Assembly: GCF_036321535.1 (NCBI RefSeq)
Contig: NC_087436.1
Coordinates: 32,118,001 to 32,182,000 of the forward strand
From: Camelus dromedarius
Lineage: Eukaryota
DNA length: 64,000 nt
Direction: 5' to 3'
Shown: in pieces, positions 27,327-39,207 of the stretch
How the letters are laid out: the number at the start of each line of letters is the position of its first letter
Numbering within the stretch: the stretch's first letter is position 1
Made by a program: the position numbers and the translations under genes
The notes under the pieces: model-generated
Databases searched by the model: none
What the model was told of the DNA's origin: nothing
The model's input: only the letters and a program-made list of their open reading frames with translations

Positions 27327-28262
27327 TTAATCTCTCTATTATGATGAGGAACTGATATTGTCTCTCAAGAAGGATCAGCCAGTGGATTGTGGCAGCTCAA
27401 GAAGGGAATTAGGAGCAGAGTTTCAAGGGTCCTTGCCTAAGGCCACTTAAAATTCCTGTAGTGAACTGATTCCCTCAGTGCACCGTAAGACTTCCCCTAT
27501 TCTCCCTTTAAATACTGGTTATAGAACCTATATGACATTCCAGAGACTCAGATGAGAAAGCAGACATATCCTGGAGCATAAGTTCTCACACTTTGATGTA
27601 CAACTGAATTCCGCAATGAGGAGAATCATCATAACAGTAAGCTCCTAGTATCCAACACTCAAAGGTGATAGTTTCAAATACCTTACCTCACTTTATCCTC
27701 CTATGCAGTCAATCTCTAAGGAAGATGTTGTTTCCATTCCCATTTTACAAATGAAGAAACTCAAGCTGAAGAAGGTTAAGTAGCTTCACCAAGTCACTCC
27801 AATAATATATGATAAGGCTGGTCTTATGTGCAGGACATCCAATGCCAGATCCTGTATTGTATCAACTCTGTGAACACCACTCTGTCCACACATAACCATG
27901 GGGGGTGGTTCCTGAAATTCAGAAGAAAGGGGGTTATTTTAAAAGTTGGCTTATTTGGGTGAACTTCTTTCCACAAACCTACATTGCTTTCTTATTAAAC
28001 ACCACACCCACACCCACACCCAAACACACATGCATACAAAACTATTTTGCACTTCTTAAAACTGGCAAGGCAGTTATCCAGGAAAATGAGAACTTGTTAA
28101 ATAATTCTAAAGTATTTCAAAGAGAGTAAAATTATCCCAAAATAGTGTGAGGATTATTCCTCCAGGGCACAGAATTATTTACATAGCTACCTCAACTTTT
28201 AAAACAAAGTTGATGTGTGGTGACATTTGTTCCATTAAAAAGAGAGAGAGAATTCTCCCGAC

Positions 28263-28379
28263 CTTTTCAGGTTGACGACTGTTCCTTGATTAGTCAATCC
28301 AAAGTAAGCATCCCAAGCATTGTTGTACAACCTCTCCATTCTGTATGCCCGAGTATTTATATGGTATGGCACACTTGAG
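28263..28379 (-). pseudogene. Candidate pseudo-exon, 117 nt (phase 0 to 0)
   Basis: Branch-like cctaac then aaatatag acceptor; donor AAG|gtcggg; LKCAIPYKYSGIQNGEVVQQCLGCLLWID*SRNSRQPEK. Confidence 0.4.
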
Positions 28380-28459
28380 CTATATTTACTTATGGTAGTT
28401 AGGTTTAAAACCACTTTCAGGCACACACAGAACTTTGACTTCACCAGCAATCCATTAGG

Positions 28460-30880
28460 CTTTTTCAGAACTCCTCATTCCCTTCAGCCTCCTCTCAAGT
28501 GTTTCTGTCACCCTCTTCCTCTCCATTCTACCAGCCCCCAGCATTTTCACCCCCATCCATATGTACTCCTGCTATCAACCGTCTTATTTCACTTAATCTA
28601 CTTCTTCAGTTTATCTTCTAGAGCTCCTTCCAATGTGAATAAGTATTCTTTATGCCTCTCTCTCACCCCTATCCTGTTTTTTAAGACCTTTATTTAATCA
28701 CCTCTCCTAATCTCAGGTGAAGGCTACTTGATTTCCACACTATGTGCCACCCCTCTTCATGGTCGTCTGTAGACCTAAAGGATCCTCACCAATTGCTTCA
28801 GACCAGGATATATGTCTTTGTCCATACCCAGTCCTCCACCAACATCCCAGGATCTTCCTCTGCACTTGGGAAGATCCATGCCCATTGATGATCATGTCAA
28901 GTTCCTGGCCTCCCTCCTCTTTAATTCCCACAAATTCTATCTTCATTTCAGCTTAGCCTCCTTTCAACATAGTCAAACCTTAGCTTTCTTTATCATCCAT
29001 ACCTGTTTCTATGTTCTTAAAGTGAAATTGAATTTACCCTTTAAGACCATAACCTGCCATCTCCCCAAATTTCTTATCTTTCCATCCCACTGCCCCCTGA
29101 TCTTCATAACAGCCCCAAATCCCATAATCTTAGTTTAGCTTGATTTGCCTTTCCAATGGTCAGATAATTCATTACCTCCCTAGAATTCCCGGCCCCTTGG
29201 TCTCCTACCCTTCCCACTTTGTCAATCACTGTCTTTCCCCTTGTTTACCAAATTATCTCTACCCATTGCCTCTATTTCTTCACCCGCTTATTCCTTAATT
29301 CTATGAAATCTGGCTCCTATACACATTGCTATGCTGATGCTAGTGTTTTCTCATTTTTCTGGAATTCATCTCAATTCACTACCAAATTGAGAGACTTTTG
29401 CTCATTTTTCATATCCTTGCTCTCTGCAGCATTTGACGCTGTTTGCTGGACAAATATTTCTTCCTTCCAGTTCTAGCTCTCTCCTCTTCTGAGACATCAT
29501 GCTATCCTGCTTTCCTTCCTCCCTTTACCTGTGCCCTATCTGTCTTCCTCTGGGCCTTTCTCCTCCTCCCCTAACTCTCCAAAGATTGGTGTTTCCCTAG
29601 ATTGTATCTTCATGTTATTTTCACCCTACTTTTATTCACATATAGACCTAACCTATCCTTTATTTCCTCATGGAGTAAGAACAAGTTTAGAAACAGAACT
29701 GACCTAGGTTTTGCCTCTTAATAGAACAGGATCTGACAAATAGTAGGTCTTCAACAGTGATGAGATAAATGAACTGTGTGAACATAAGCAAACCAATCAA
29801 CCTCTCTGGGTCTCAGTTTCATTGCTGTTGTTATGTGAACTGAATGCTACAGTATATAAAGAATCTTATCTAGGGACCTAGAAAATAACAGGCATATAGT
29901 ACAATAAACAGTTAACCTGTCCCCTACTTCCCATGCAAATGACTCTCAAATCTAAATCTGTGAACTATATTCACAGCAGAATCCCAGACCCAAATATACA
30001 TATCTCCCTTGACAGCCAGTTGGCCCCTCAGTCTCAAATATTTGAAACTACCCCATCTTCCATCCCAAACCACTTCCTCACCCTCTCTTCCCTATTTCTA
30101 TAATGATGCTACCATTCTCCCAGTTATTGAGGCTTCAGATCATAGAAATCTTTCTTGTTTCTTTGTACCCTTCCCATATTCCACTATCAAGAATAAGGAC
30201 TACTTCCACAAAGTCCTTCAATGTCCTTTCTACTCCCACTGCCAAGCCCCTCACCAGACCCACACTGGCTCTTGTTAAGAGCCCCACAATAGCCTCTTTA
30301 GTACTCTATTCACCTCACTCTCTTCCCACTTCATTCTTGTGAAGTCTACTTTCCTAAAATCATCCCTGATCGTCTCATTTCCCTACTCAAAATTATATAA
30401 TAGATCCCTGGTACTTACTGAGTGGAGCAGACTCCTTAGCCTGGCAATCAGAGCCCTGCACCTATGACCAAATTTCTACTAATGTTTTCTTTATACACCC
30501 TGTGTTTCACACCTTTCTGTCTTTATTCATCTGCTTCCTTTTGCCTGTAGTGCTTTCATCCCCAACTACAGCTGCCGAATTCTGACCAGGCTTCAAAGTC
30601 CAGCTCAAATTTTCTTTTTTTTTTTTAGTTCTAATCTTTTGAGAAGTCTTCCTTGATCTTCTGGGTTGAATTTGATCATTCTTTCTCTAGTATTTCCTCA
30701 ATGGTTATATTTTCATGACTTTTATTTTATTCTATTATAATTAAGGGCTTACATATCAGCCTTCCGTACTACGTAATAAGCTCCTTGAAGATAGGAGTCA
30801 TGTCTTATTAATTTTTATATCCCCCAAAAACCTAGAAGAATTCTTTGCTTAGGAAAGGCTGTCTTTAAGTATCTGTTAAA
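28460..30880 (+). mobile_element. L2 fragments (sense), with an internal MIR
   Basis: CT-rich L2-like text (CTCTCTGCAGCATTTGACGCTG, GACTCCTTAGCCTGGCA, TAAGCTCCTTGAAG); boundaries approximate. Confidence 0.65.
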
Positions 30881-30913
30881 TTCACATGTATATATCTTTA
30901 ACAAATCACACAC

Positions 30914-31020
30914 TGGAATTTAGTATTTTTGGAACTGAACATTATGATCATTTCTATGTAGACATAATGTAGCTTTCAAGGCTTCTTGGTGACATATCTC
31001 TTAAGAATTGACAGAAAGAC
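30914..31020 (-). pseudogene. Candidate pseudo-exon, 107 nt (phase 1 to 0)
   Basis: Acceptor taactgtcttttaag; donor CCA|gtgtgt; LSVNS*EICHQEALKATLCLHRNDHNVQFQKY*IP. Confidence 0.35.
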
Positions 31021-31647
31021 CTTAAAAGACAGTTACAATAGCTGTGAAATGTCTTCCCCACCCGCACTTTGGCCTCACACTCAGATCATAGTGATGGCTG
31101 CTGAGCTTATAGATGAAATTATAAACTTAGAGAAAAATAATTGTTGTCATCTTCTTTCCTGGTTAAAAAGACACGGAAATACTTCCTGCTCTGAAGAGCC
31201 TAGTGTATGAGAGATGGAGAATGTGTCAATTCAGGAACATCAATGGCAGGGATAACCTGTCAAGGCGTTAGAATGCTTTGTAAAACCCAACGTGGACTTG
31301 GTCCTTGCAGTTAGCAAGTCCCAGAAGCTACATGGTACATCAAAAGGGCTTCAAACTTATCTCAGCTGAGCAACTGACAGGCTATGAGACCTTGTCAAAG
31401 TCACTCCTTGCTTTTGGCCTCCATTTCTACATCTATAAAATAAGGAGGTTAACATACCAGGTAATCTCTAAGCTTCTTTTCCACCTCAGACCTGCTCTGA
31501 GATATAAGATGCCTCTGCTCTGCAGCCATTTGAAGCAATACAGCAAAGGAGCAAAAAATCTGAGCATTATAGTCAGACCCAGCAGGCACCTGTCTTGGTG
31601 CCTCCAGCTGTGTATTGTCTAGGAAAATATACAATCTCTCTACTCAA

Positions 31648-31751
31648 TTTGGTCCCTACATCCAGCTCTTTCTGAAACCCATTCATCCTTAGGGTTTCCA
31701 GTTAAATGAGTCATTAAATTACTTTTAACTGGGATAGCTTTATTTGGGTTT
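31648..31751 (+). repeat. ~105-bp local duplicate of 32461-32568
   Basis: TTTGGTCCCTA.ATC.AGCTCTT.CTGAAACCCATTCATCCTTAG..TTTCCAGTTAAATGAGTCATTAAATT shared. Confidence 0.88.
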
Positions 31752-32789
31752 CTTCATCTGTAGGAAGTCTATGATGATGATAATAATAATAGTAACTACT
31801 TCACAGGGTTATTTTAAGGATTAAAAGATATGTGTGAATTGCTTAGTACAATGCCTGGCACATAGCAAGTGCTGGATGAATTTGGTCATTATAAAGTTAA
31901 ACAGGATCCATTTTCAAAAACAGTAAACATATCCTGAGAATATTAAGTGAATCACCTTCCACAGGTAGGTGCCCAAGTATGTCCTCAGGCAGCCAGGAGG
32001 TGGCCCTGAGCTTCTGAAGATAAGGGTTATAAACTGGTAGCCCACAAGTGTTTGCCCCATGTGTGTATTTTCTTGGTATAAATAGTGTTCTTATTTAATT
32101 GATTAAATTACCAACATTTAAAAAGCAGGGTTTCACATTTCTGGCTTCTTTTGAAACATTGGGAGTATCTGGCAATAGTGAACTTGCATCCTGCACAGCA
32201 TCAATTACTAGAGCTTCCCCTTAAACTTCCCATTGCTCCCTATTGTCCTCCACCCAGCCTGTTCCACTCATTTATGCTACATGCCTCATCCCTCTAGGCA
32301 TTTCAGTTTTGATCTCTGTCCTAGGAGATGAGGACAGTTGTTCTTCTTCATTAGATAGCCCACACTTTTCCAATCACATGCAGAGAGTCTACAAAAGAAC
32401 CAGCACAGAGAGAGAAGAGGAATTGAAACATGGGAGTCAGAGGGAGCCCTAATTATATCATTTGGTCCCTAGATCTAGCTCTTCCTGAAACCCATTCATC
32501 CTTAGATTTTCCAGTTAAATGAGTCATTAAATTCCCCTTTTTAACTGAGGTAGTTTTATTTAGGTTTTTGTCCCCTGCAACCAAGAGACAACCAATTCTA
32601 TGACTAGGGTGCCAATTTATCCTTGTTTTATCACTGGAAGTCCCACATCCCTGGAAACCTTTCAGTCCCAGGCAAACTGGGATGGTTGATCAGCCTATTC
32701 ATGGCAAAGTTATGATTAAAATTCATTCAGATAGTTGTAATCAAAGCTTATCATCTCTCACTTTCATTTCCAAAATTCATTATTAAATT

Positions 32790-33860
32790 ATCAAAAGTGG
32801 ATGAGATTTTGGTTTCTAATACCATTTTCCTATAAAATAAACCATGGTATTTTGGAGAAATGGCTGATTCTAGGGCTGGAGCAGAGAATATACAAGATAT
32901 CCAGGAGCATCTTGTAGTACTAGAAAGCCAGGGAGTGGTCAAAAAGCAAAAATGATGGGGGGACATCAAAGAGACATAGGAACCAACTGAAAGAGCTCCC
33001 AGTGGCCAAAGCTGGACTAGTTTGAGCAACAAAATAAATACCAAAGTATTGCATTATAACCAAAGTGTAAAATAAATATTAATGGATTCATACTGATGTA
33101 CATAAATGACTGAATAAATAAATGAGAAGAGACAAATCTCCCTTATAGAAGCATTCCAAATAATTTATGATGATATTCCCCTCTCCAAGAGGTTAAACTT
33201 TAATTTTCCACCCCATTATCCCCTTTATAGTCGGCTGGCCACAGTGACCAGCTTCCAAAAAGTAGAGAATGGAAAAGGAGAAAAAAGCAACTTTGCAGTA
33301 GAGAAACCTGACAAGGTTGGCAAGGTTAACATCAACATGAAGAGTCACACTGATGGCATGTAACTTTAATATGATGTATGAGAATGGCATTACACTTCTG
33401 TGGTCTTCTTCCCCAAAACCCTTGATCTCTATCTAACCATGAAAAACACATTGAAGAAATCCAAATTGAGGGACATTCTAAAAAAACAAAAACAAACAAA
33501 AGACAAACAAACAAAAAACCTGACTAGCACTTTTAAAACTGTGGTCATCATCAAAGACAAGGAAAGTCTGAGAAACCATCACAGATCAGAGGCGGCTAGG
33601 GAGACACATTAACTAAATGTAATGTGATATCCTAGGTGGGATCCTAGAACAAAGAAAAGGACAGTAGGAAAAAAACTGGTGAAATCTGAATAAAGCCTTA
33701 AGCTTAGTTAATAATACGTACCAATGTTTATTTCTAACTTTTGAGAAATATACCTAGTGATATGGGATGTTAACAATAAAGGGAAACTGGGTGTGGCAGA
33801 TACGAGAGTTCTCTGTACTATCTGTGCAACTTTTCTGGAAATCTAAAACTATTATACAAT
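32790..33860 (+). mobile_element. L1MC-type 3' UTR fragment
   Basis: CCAAATTGAGGGACATTCTA, GACAAGGAAAGTCTGAGAAA and CTGTACTATCTGTGCAACTTTTCTG motifs. Confidence 0.75.
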
Positions 33861-33993
33861 TTTTACATTAGTTTTAAATAATAAACCAGTTCATATTGTA
33901 AAGGAAAGCCCCACTATGAAGAGTAACATGGCTTCATCCGTTTCGAAAACTTAACATAAAATAATACACTTTAGAAAACATGGATTTTTATAC

Positions 33994-34111
33994 ATTTTAT
34001 GTATGAAGTAACGAGCAGTCCAGTGTCATCTGTCTGGACAACTTTTTGCAGTATAATTGCAAGTTAGTTGTACCATAAGATTTGATTGGCCTACTTAGAA
34101 TTTTGCTTCTT
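33994..34111 (-). pseudogene. Candidate pseudo-exon, 118 nt (phase 0 to 1)
   Basis: Acceptor gaatgtttag; weak donor T|gtataa; KKQNSK*ANQILWYN*LAIILQKVVQTDDTGLLVTSYIK. Confidence 0.3.
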
Positions 34112-35179
34112 CTAAACATTCATTAAACTTACAAAATAAATTAATGCTTGTTCTTACATGTCTTGACAGAACAAATTAATACTATCCGAACAAATTAATA
34201 ACCTTGGCTCCTAACTCCTATGATTTTGGCAGGTTATACTTTCAGTTTCTAAAGCCTACACACAGGGATATCCTTAGGTAGGGATCTGCCCTCTTATCAA
34301 TACACATGCGGAGTTATCCATAATGAGTGTTAGAAGGATGCCCTGGAGGAAGAGCAGACCTCATCATACCTTCTTGTCAAAGCAATAAGAAGCTGGCCCA
34401 GTGCCCTAGTACGAGACTTAGAAGGAAACATGAAACACAAATCCTCACAGCAAGGAAGCAACTCATTCACTTGACAACACTTTTCATAACACCTGAGCTA
34501 AGAATACAGAAATGACAGACCCTGAAGGGTTTCCATTCTTACTAGAAATTTCCATTCTTACTTTCCATTGCCCCGAAGGAGCAAAATAGCAATATGTTGT
34601 TAAACAGGAGTGTAAAGATGTTAAACAGATGAAATTAAGTTCTTGAAATATGCAGTTGGGTATTCACCCAGCACATCAGAGGCATTGAGTAAGAGGAATA
34701 AATATGCATTTCATGAAGAAACACTGATCACGTGTCTCCAGTTGTTTGCCTCTTCTAGGCCCAGAGAAGTTTGCAGAAATTATTAGGACACAGTCCATAC
34801 CCTTAAGGTACTTTCTGTCTGGTAACTGGGATAAAGGAAGTACACCAGTGTTACAAGCACAAAGTAAAAATTAACATGTTCCCCCAAGAAAGTACAAAGT
34901 GCTCCTGGAGGTCAAAGAGGAAGACATTAAATCTAGTCACAGATAGGTAGGGAAGTAGATAGTATTTTGAGATACGCTAAATTGTGGTGCAAACTAGACA
35001 GGTCTGAATGGGGGTATTACAGGCAAAGGTACAACCTCAGCAAAATCACTCGTTTTCCTCTTTACCTAGAGTATATGTAAGTCTTAGAAAATATGATTTT
35101 AAAAAGGAACCAAGATAGATGCTAAGTCTAGAGGGAAGACTGGGATAAGGAGCATGATATTTTCATGTGCTCTTAACAC

Positions 35180-35952
35180 ATCTCCCCTCAGACTGCTTAT
35201 CAGTCACAAGGGGGAAAATACTAACTGTACTGTGAAGAAATCAGGTAACACTTTGATCAAATGATCAATACTAACATGACCAATGAGGAGGACATCATGT
35301 GACTCCAGATGCCCTATGCCAAGAAGGACATGACATTTCTGTTATAGTTTTCTAGCCAAACATCTAACTTCCTCATGAAGAAATCTGAACCTAATCATGA
35401 AGAAACATCACACAAGACCAAACTGAGAAATATAAAATAACTGGCTCATGTTCTTCAAATATGTCAATGTCATAAAAGAGAAAGAAAGGTGGGGAGTTCT
35501 TCCAGACTAAAGAAAGCTAAAGAGATAACATGACTGAACACAATATATGATCTTAGACTGGATTCTGAACTGGAGGGAGGAAATGCTAGAAAAGGACAAT
35601 GTTGGCACAGACAATGGACAACTGAAACAGAGACTGTAGATTGTTTAAAGTTTTGTATTCATGCTAAATTTCCTGAATTTAATAACTCTACTGTAGTTAC
35701 ATAAGAGAATATCCATGTTTTTAGGAAAAATGCACTGAAGAATCAGGGTGTAAATGGGCATGACGTATGCCACCTACTCTCAAATGATTCAGAAAAAATA
35801 GGTACATCCACATGGAAAGAGAAAAAGCAAGTAATAAAACTATGGCAAAATGTTAAAAATCAGTGACTACAAGTAAAGGGTATAGGGTTGGGAGAGTGCT
35901 TGGCACCATTCTTGCAACTTTTCTGTAGTTTGAAATTATTTCAAAATAAAAA
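35180..35952 (+). mobile_element. Old L1MC/ME-type 3' UTR fragment
   Basis: GAACCTAATCATGAAGAAACATCA and CTTGCAACTTTTCTGTAGTTTGAAATTATTTCAAAATAAAA motifs. Confidence 0.7.
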
Positions 35953-36335
35953 CTCTTTTAAAGACCCTAAAAAGCATTAAAATCAAAATTATTTTCATGA
36001 GTAAAAGTTTCATAGCCAATTTCTTTTAAGGTATTCATTTTTTAACATAGATATAATTTAATAGTTATATAGAAATTGAAACTTTAGGATCTTCTTTTTC
36101 ATTTAATATTGTCTTATTTAAAAATTGCTATATGTCAACTTAGTCAAATATCAATCATTTTTATGAACTATACATAGTTCATTCTTCTATTGAACATTCG
36201 TGTCATTTCCCATTTTCACAATTACAGTGTCACTGCTAAGAACATAGATATAAAAATTACTTCATTTCCTTTGGGAATATTTCCTGTGGATTTTAGAATA
36301 ATTCTGTAGAACAAGATCTAAAAAGAAGACTGTAC

Positions 36336-36443
36336 CATTTTAGATGTCAAACTTATATGGGATCCACTGATACCAGAGGAGATTTCCCATACTTTTGAAC
36401 ATGGAATCAGTTTTGAAAATTGCTCATCAACACATTGGTACCA
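36336..36443 (-). pseudogene. Candidate pseudo-exon, 108 nt (phase 0 to 0)
   Basis: Acceptor attgtctggcag; donor ATG|gtacag; open WYQCVDEQFSKLIPCSKVWEISSGISGSHISLTSKM. Confidence 0.5.
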
Positions 36444-37692
36444 CTGCCAGACAATAGCTGTCTCTCTCTCTCTCTCTCTCACACATGCACATGCACACAC
36501 ACACACACACACATACACATACACACACCATTCACCAAGACTGAAGAGCAAACAGAGAAAGAGAAGGATGCACAAGGAGCCAAAATAACAGATTATCACT
36601 GGTTGATTCACCACCAACTCATCTGGAAAGCTTTTCTAGCTAACACAAAGCACAGCAGACCAAACTTGCCCATGCTCAGATGCACTGGGTTTAGTCAGTA
36701 TGTCTTATTCTTACAGAACTTCCAGTATTTTGAGATAGAAACTGTTGAGTAACAGGAAAAAAAAAAAAAAAAAAGACATGTACTTTGACTATAAATGTCT
36801 GGGGAGCTTAAGCATGATACAACTGAAGAAAAACTTTGTATGGAATGATAATTATCTCAGGCTGAAGAACAACCTGAGCTAACGATTGTAAACAAGGATC
36901 ACCCATTAGCAATTTCAGCCATTAGGGACTGGTTTGTAAAGGATAAGAAAAAGAGCATGGGATTTTGTGAAAACCCTTTCTTGTCTTTAAGGAAGTATGC
37001 ACACACATACACATTAAAATATATCTTTGCGGAGAAGTGTAAAATGTGTGAATACACATGAAATGTAAGCACTTGAATTCTTACGAATACACACTAATGA
37101 ACAAACGTAGTTTTCAAAGCATTGCCTAGCATAAGGGAATGTTTAGGGTGATGGAAATGATCTATATCACAGGATCTAAATGATCTACATGACTTTGAAA
37201 CTGGTTACATGGGTACATGCATTTGATGAAATTCTCAAACTATTCACTTAAGATCTGTAAATTACTCCATGTAAGATACGTCTCAAAAATGCAAAAGAAA
37301 GCACACAAAATCAGCAGATCTTCTCTGTCACTAGTTCTGTGTGCTTCAGCAAGTCATAGCTTTCAGCTTCCTCATCTGAAAAACAAGGGGCTTGTGTTAA
37401 ACAATCTCTTTAACACAATCCCTAAGTTCTTTACTAGTTTTAGGATCTAACTGATACTTTTTTTTAAATAGCAATGAATTTATGGAAATTAATAATCTGA
37501 CTTAGAACTTGGAGATTTTAACTTAAAAGTTTCAATTACATTGATATATACATTATCATCATAAGTAGAAGTTCAAATAATACAGATAAGATAACTGTTC
37601 TCTCTGGCCCAGTTTTCTCATAATCCTAGAGGGGACTTGTCCTGCCAGGTTGCAGTATATTCTTCTAGGCTTTTATTGTTGCTGCTTCACAG

Positions 37693-37940
37693 GCAGTATG
37701 GCTCTGTGGCTAAGCATAAAGACTACGGAGTAATGCTGGAGTAATGCTGCCCAGGTCCACAGCCCAGCAGCACCATTAGCCAGTGTAGACCTTCCTGACA
37801 CCCAAAAAATACCTGTGCTTCAGTTTCCTCATCTAAAAATAGTGACAAAATGGCAACCATTCATGAGGTTGCTGAGAGAACAAGGTATGACACACATACA
37901 ACACTTAGAGCCTGGCACCCAGAAGTATCACTTATTACTG
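37693..37940 (+). mobile_element. MIR SINE (representative; others at ~2210-2330, 23270-23485, 27630-27870, 43310-43555, 44740-44925, 45080-45260, 47320-47490)
   Basis: Core CTTCAGTTTCCTCATCTAAAAATAG and 3' AGCCTGGCAC motifs. Confidence 0.75.
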
Positions 37941-38229
37941 AGAAACTATTCACTGTTTCATAATAAAATATCTACACTTGCTTCTTTTAATACAGTTGAA
38001 GAATAAGTTAAACACTTATTCTAATTCAAAGTCACTCAAAGCACTATATTAAATACAAAGGCACTCAGAGAAATAGGTCTCTTGGAGTATTTAATCACTG
38101 GTCTTGAGCCAAAAAATTTCTTCAGTTATCATTCAGTAAACTTTGTAGATGGAAATCAGGCCCATCAAATTCTGTTACCAACATTTCAGATTTTTATTTA
38201 ATATGAAAAGTATTAATGTGTAAGAATGT

Positions 38230-38336
38230 GTGCTTGCTTCAGCAGCACGTATACTAAAACTGGAACAACACACACAAGATTAGCATGGCCTCTGTGCAAC
38301 GATGACATGCAAATTCATGAAGCATTCCATATATTT
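38230..38336 (+). pseudogene. Full-length U6 snRNA retropseudogene (5' part of a U6/L1 chimera)
   Basis: GTGCTTGCTTCAGCAGCACGTATACTAAAACTGGAAC...AGATTAGCATGGCC...GATGACATGCAAATTCATGAAGCATTCCATAT matches U6 end to end, with CpG decay and a damaged ACAGAGA box. Confidence 0.95.
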
Positions 38337-38595
38337 CTTATGGTTACCAGGAGGAAAGGGAGTGGGAAGAGATAAATTGGGAGTTAAGAGATTTGCAAAT
38401 ATTAACTACTAAACATAAAATAGATAAATAACAAGTTTCTACTGTATAGCACAGGGATGTATATTCAATATCTTGTAGTAACCTATAATGAAAAAGAATA
38501 TGAAAATAAATATATGTATATGTATGACTGAAACATTATGCTGTACACCAGAAATTGACACATTGTAAACTGACTATATTTCAATTAAAAAAAAA
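38337..38595 (+). mobile_element. L1 3' end fused to U6
   Basis: CTTATGGTTACCAG...CTGTATAGCACAGGG...TCAATTAAAAAAAAA directly abuts the U6 3' end. Confidence 0.92.
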
Positions 38596-38971
38596 GTTAA
38601 ATGGGTAAGAGTGGGGTGAAAATGAAATTCAATAGAGCCATGTCCAGTCTTGTTTCTGTAGGCCTGTCCCATCACTGAAAATCACCAAGAAGTCACAATA
38701 CCTAAGGATCCAAGGACAGCAGGAAGCATAAAATGTCGCAACACATAGCCTGATAAATGACTAAGTTTTGTATCCTGGCTTGTGGGAGGAGTACAGCATA
38801 CTTTCTCTATTATTCACTCTGCGTTTACTCTGTCAAATGTTTTGACTTCCCAATGCAGAATCTTTTAATGAAGAAAAAAAGCCTGCCTCGTTGGATTTGA
38901 ATTTATTATTTCAGTGACACAGAAAGACATGGAGATTAAACTTTCAACTGGCATAAGGGAGAATAAATTAC

Positions 38972-39207
38972 CACGTTTTCTTCCAATCAATTTTTCACCT
39001 TTACACACAGTGATAAGAGCCTCTGCCAAAGGTCCTTCATTCTACCTACGTGAAAGGGCTCTGACACCTGTTTAATCCACAAGTCAACAGTCTTAAGTAT
39101 TGAAAATGTGAGGAGCCTAACTGTGGATTTGCATAGTTCCTGGCTCTGGATCTGTTTGCTCCCATGACAATCCCCCCCTGCAGAGACTGCACCCATGTGG
39201 CACCCTG
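38972..39207 (-). pseudogene. Candidate pseudo-exon, 236 nt (phase 1 to 0)
   Basis: Strong acceptor ctcttggtctctcatctccag; donor GTG|gtaatt. Only one stop (TGA) in 78 codons: ...QELCKSTVRLLTFSILKTVDLWIKQVSEPFHVGRMKDLWQRLLSLCVKVKN*LEENV. Confidence 0.6.

Noticed and set aside
38230..38336. Functional U6 snRNA gene
   Set aside because: The ACAGAGA box is mutated, there is CpG decay, it is fused to an L1 tail, and no upstream PSE/TATA is evident.
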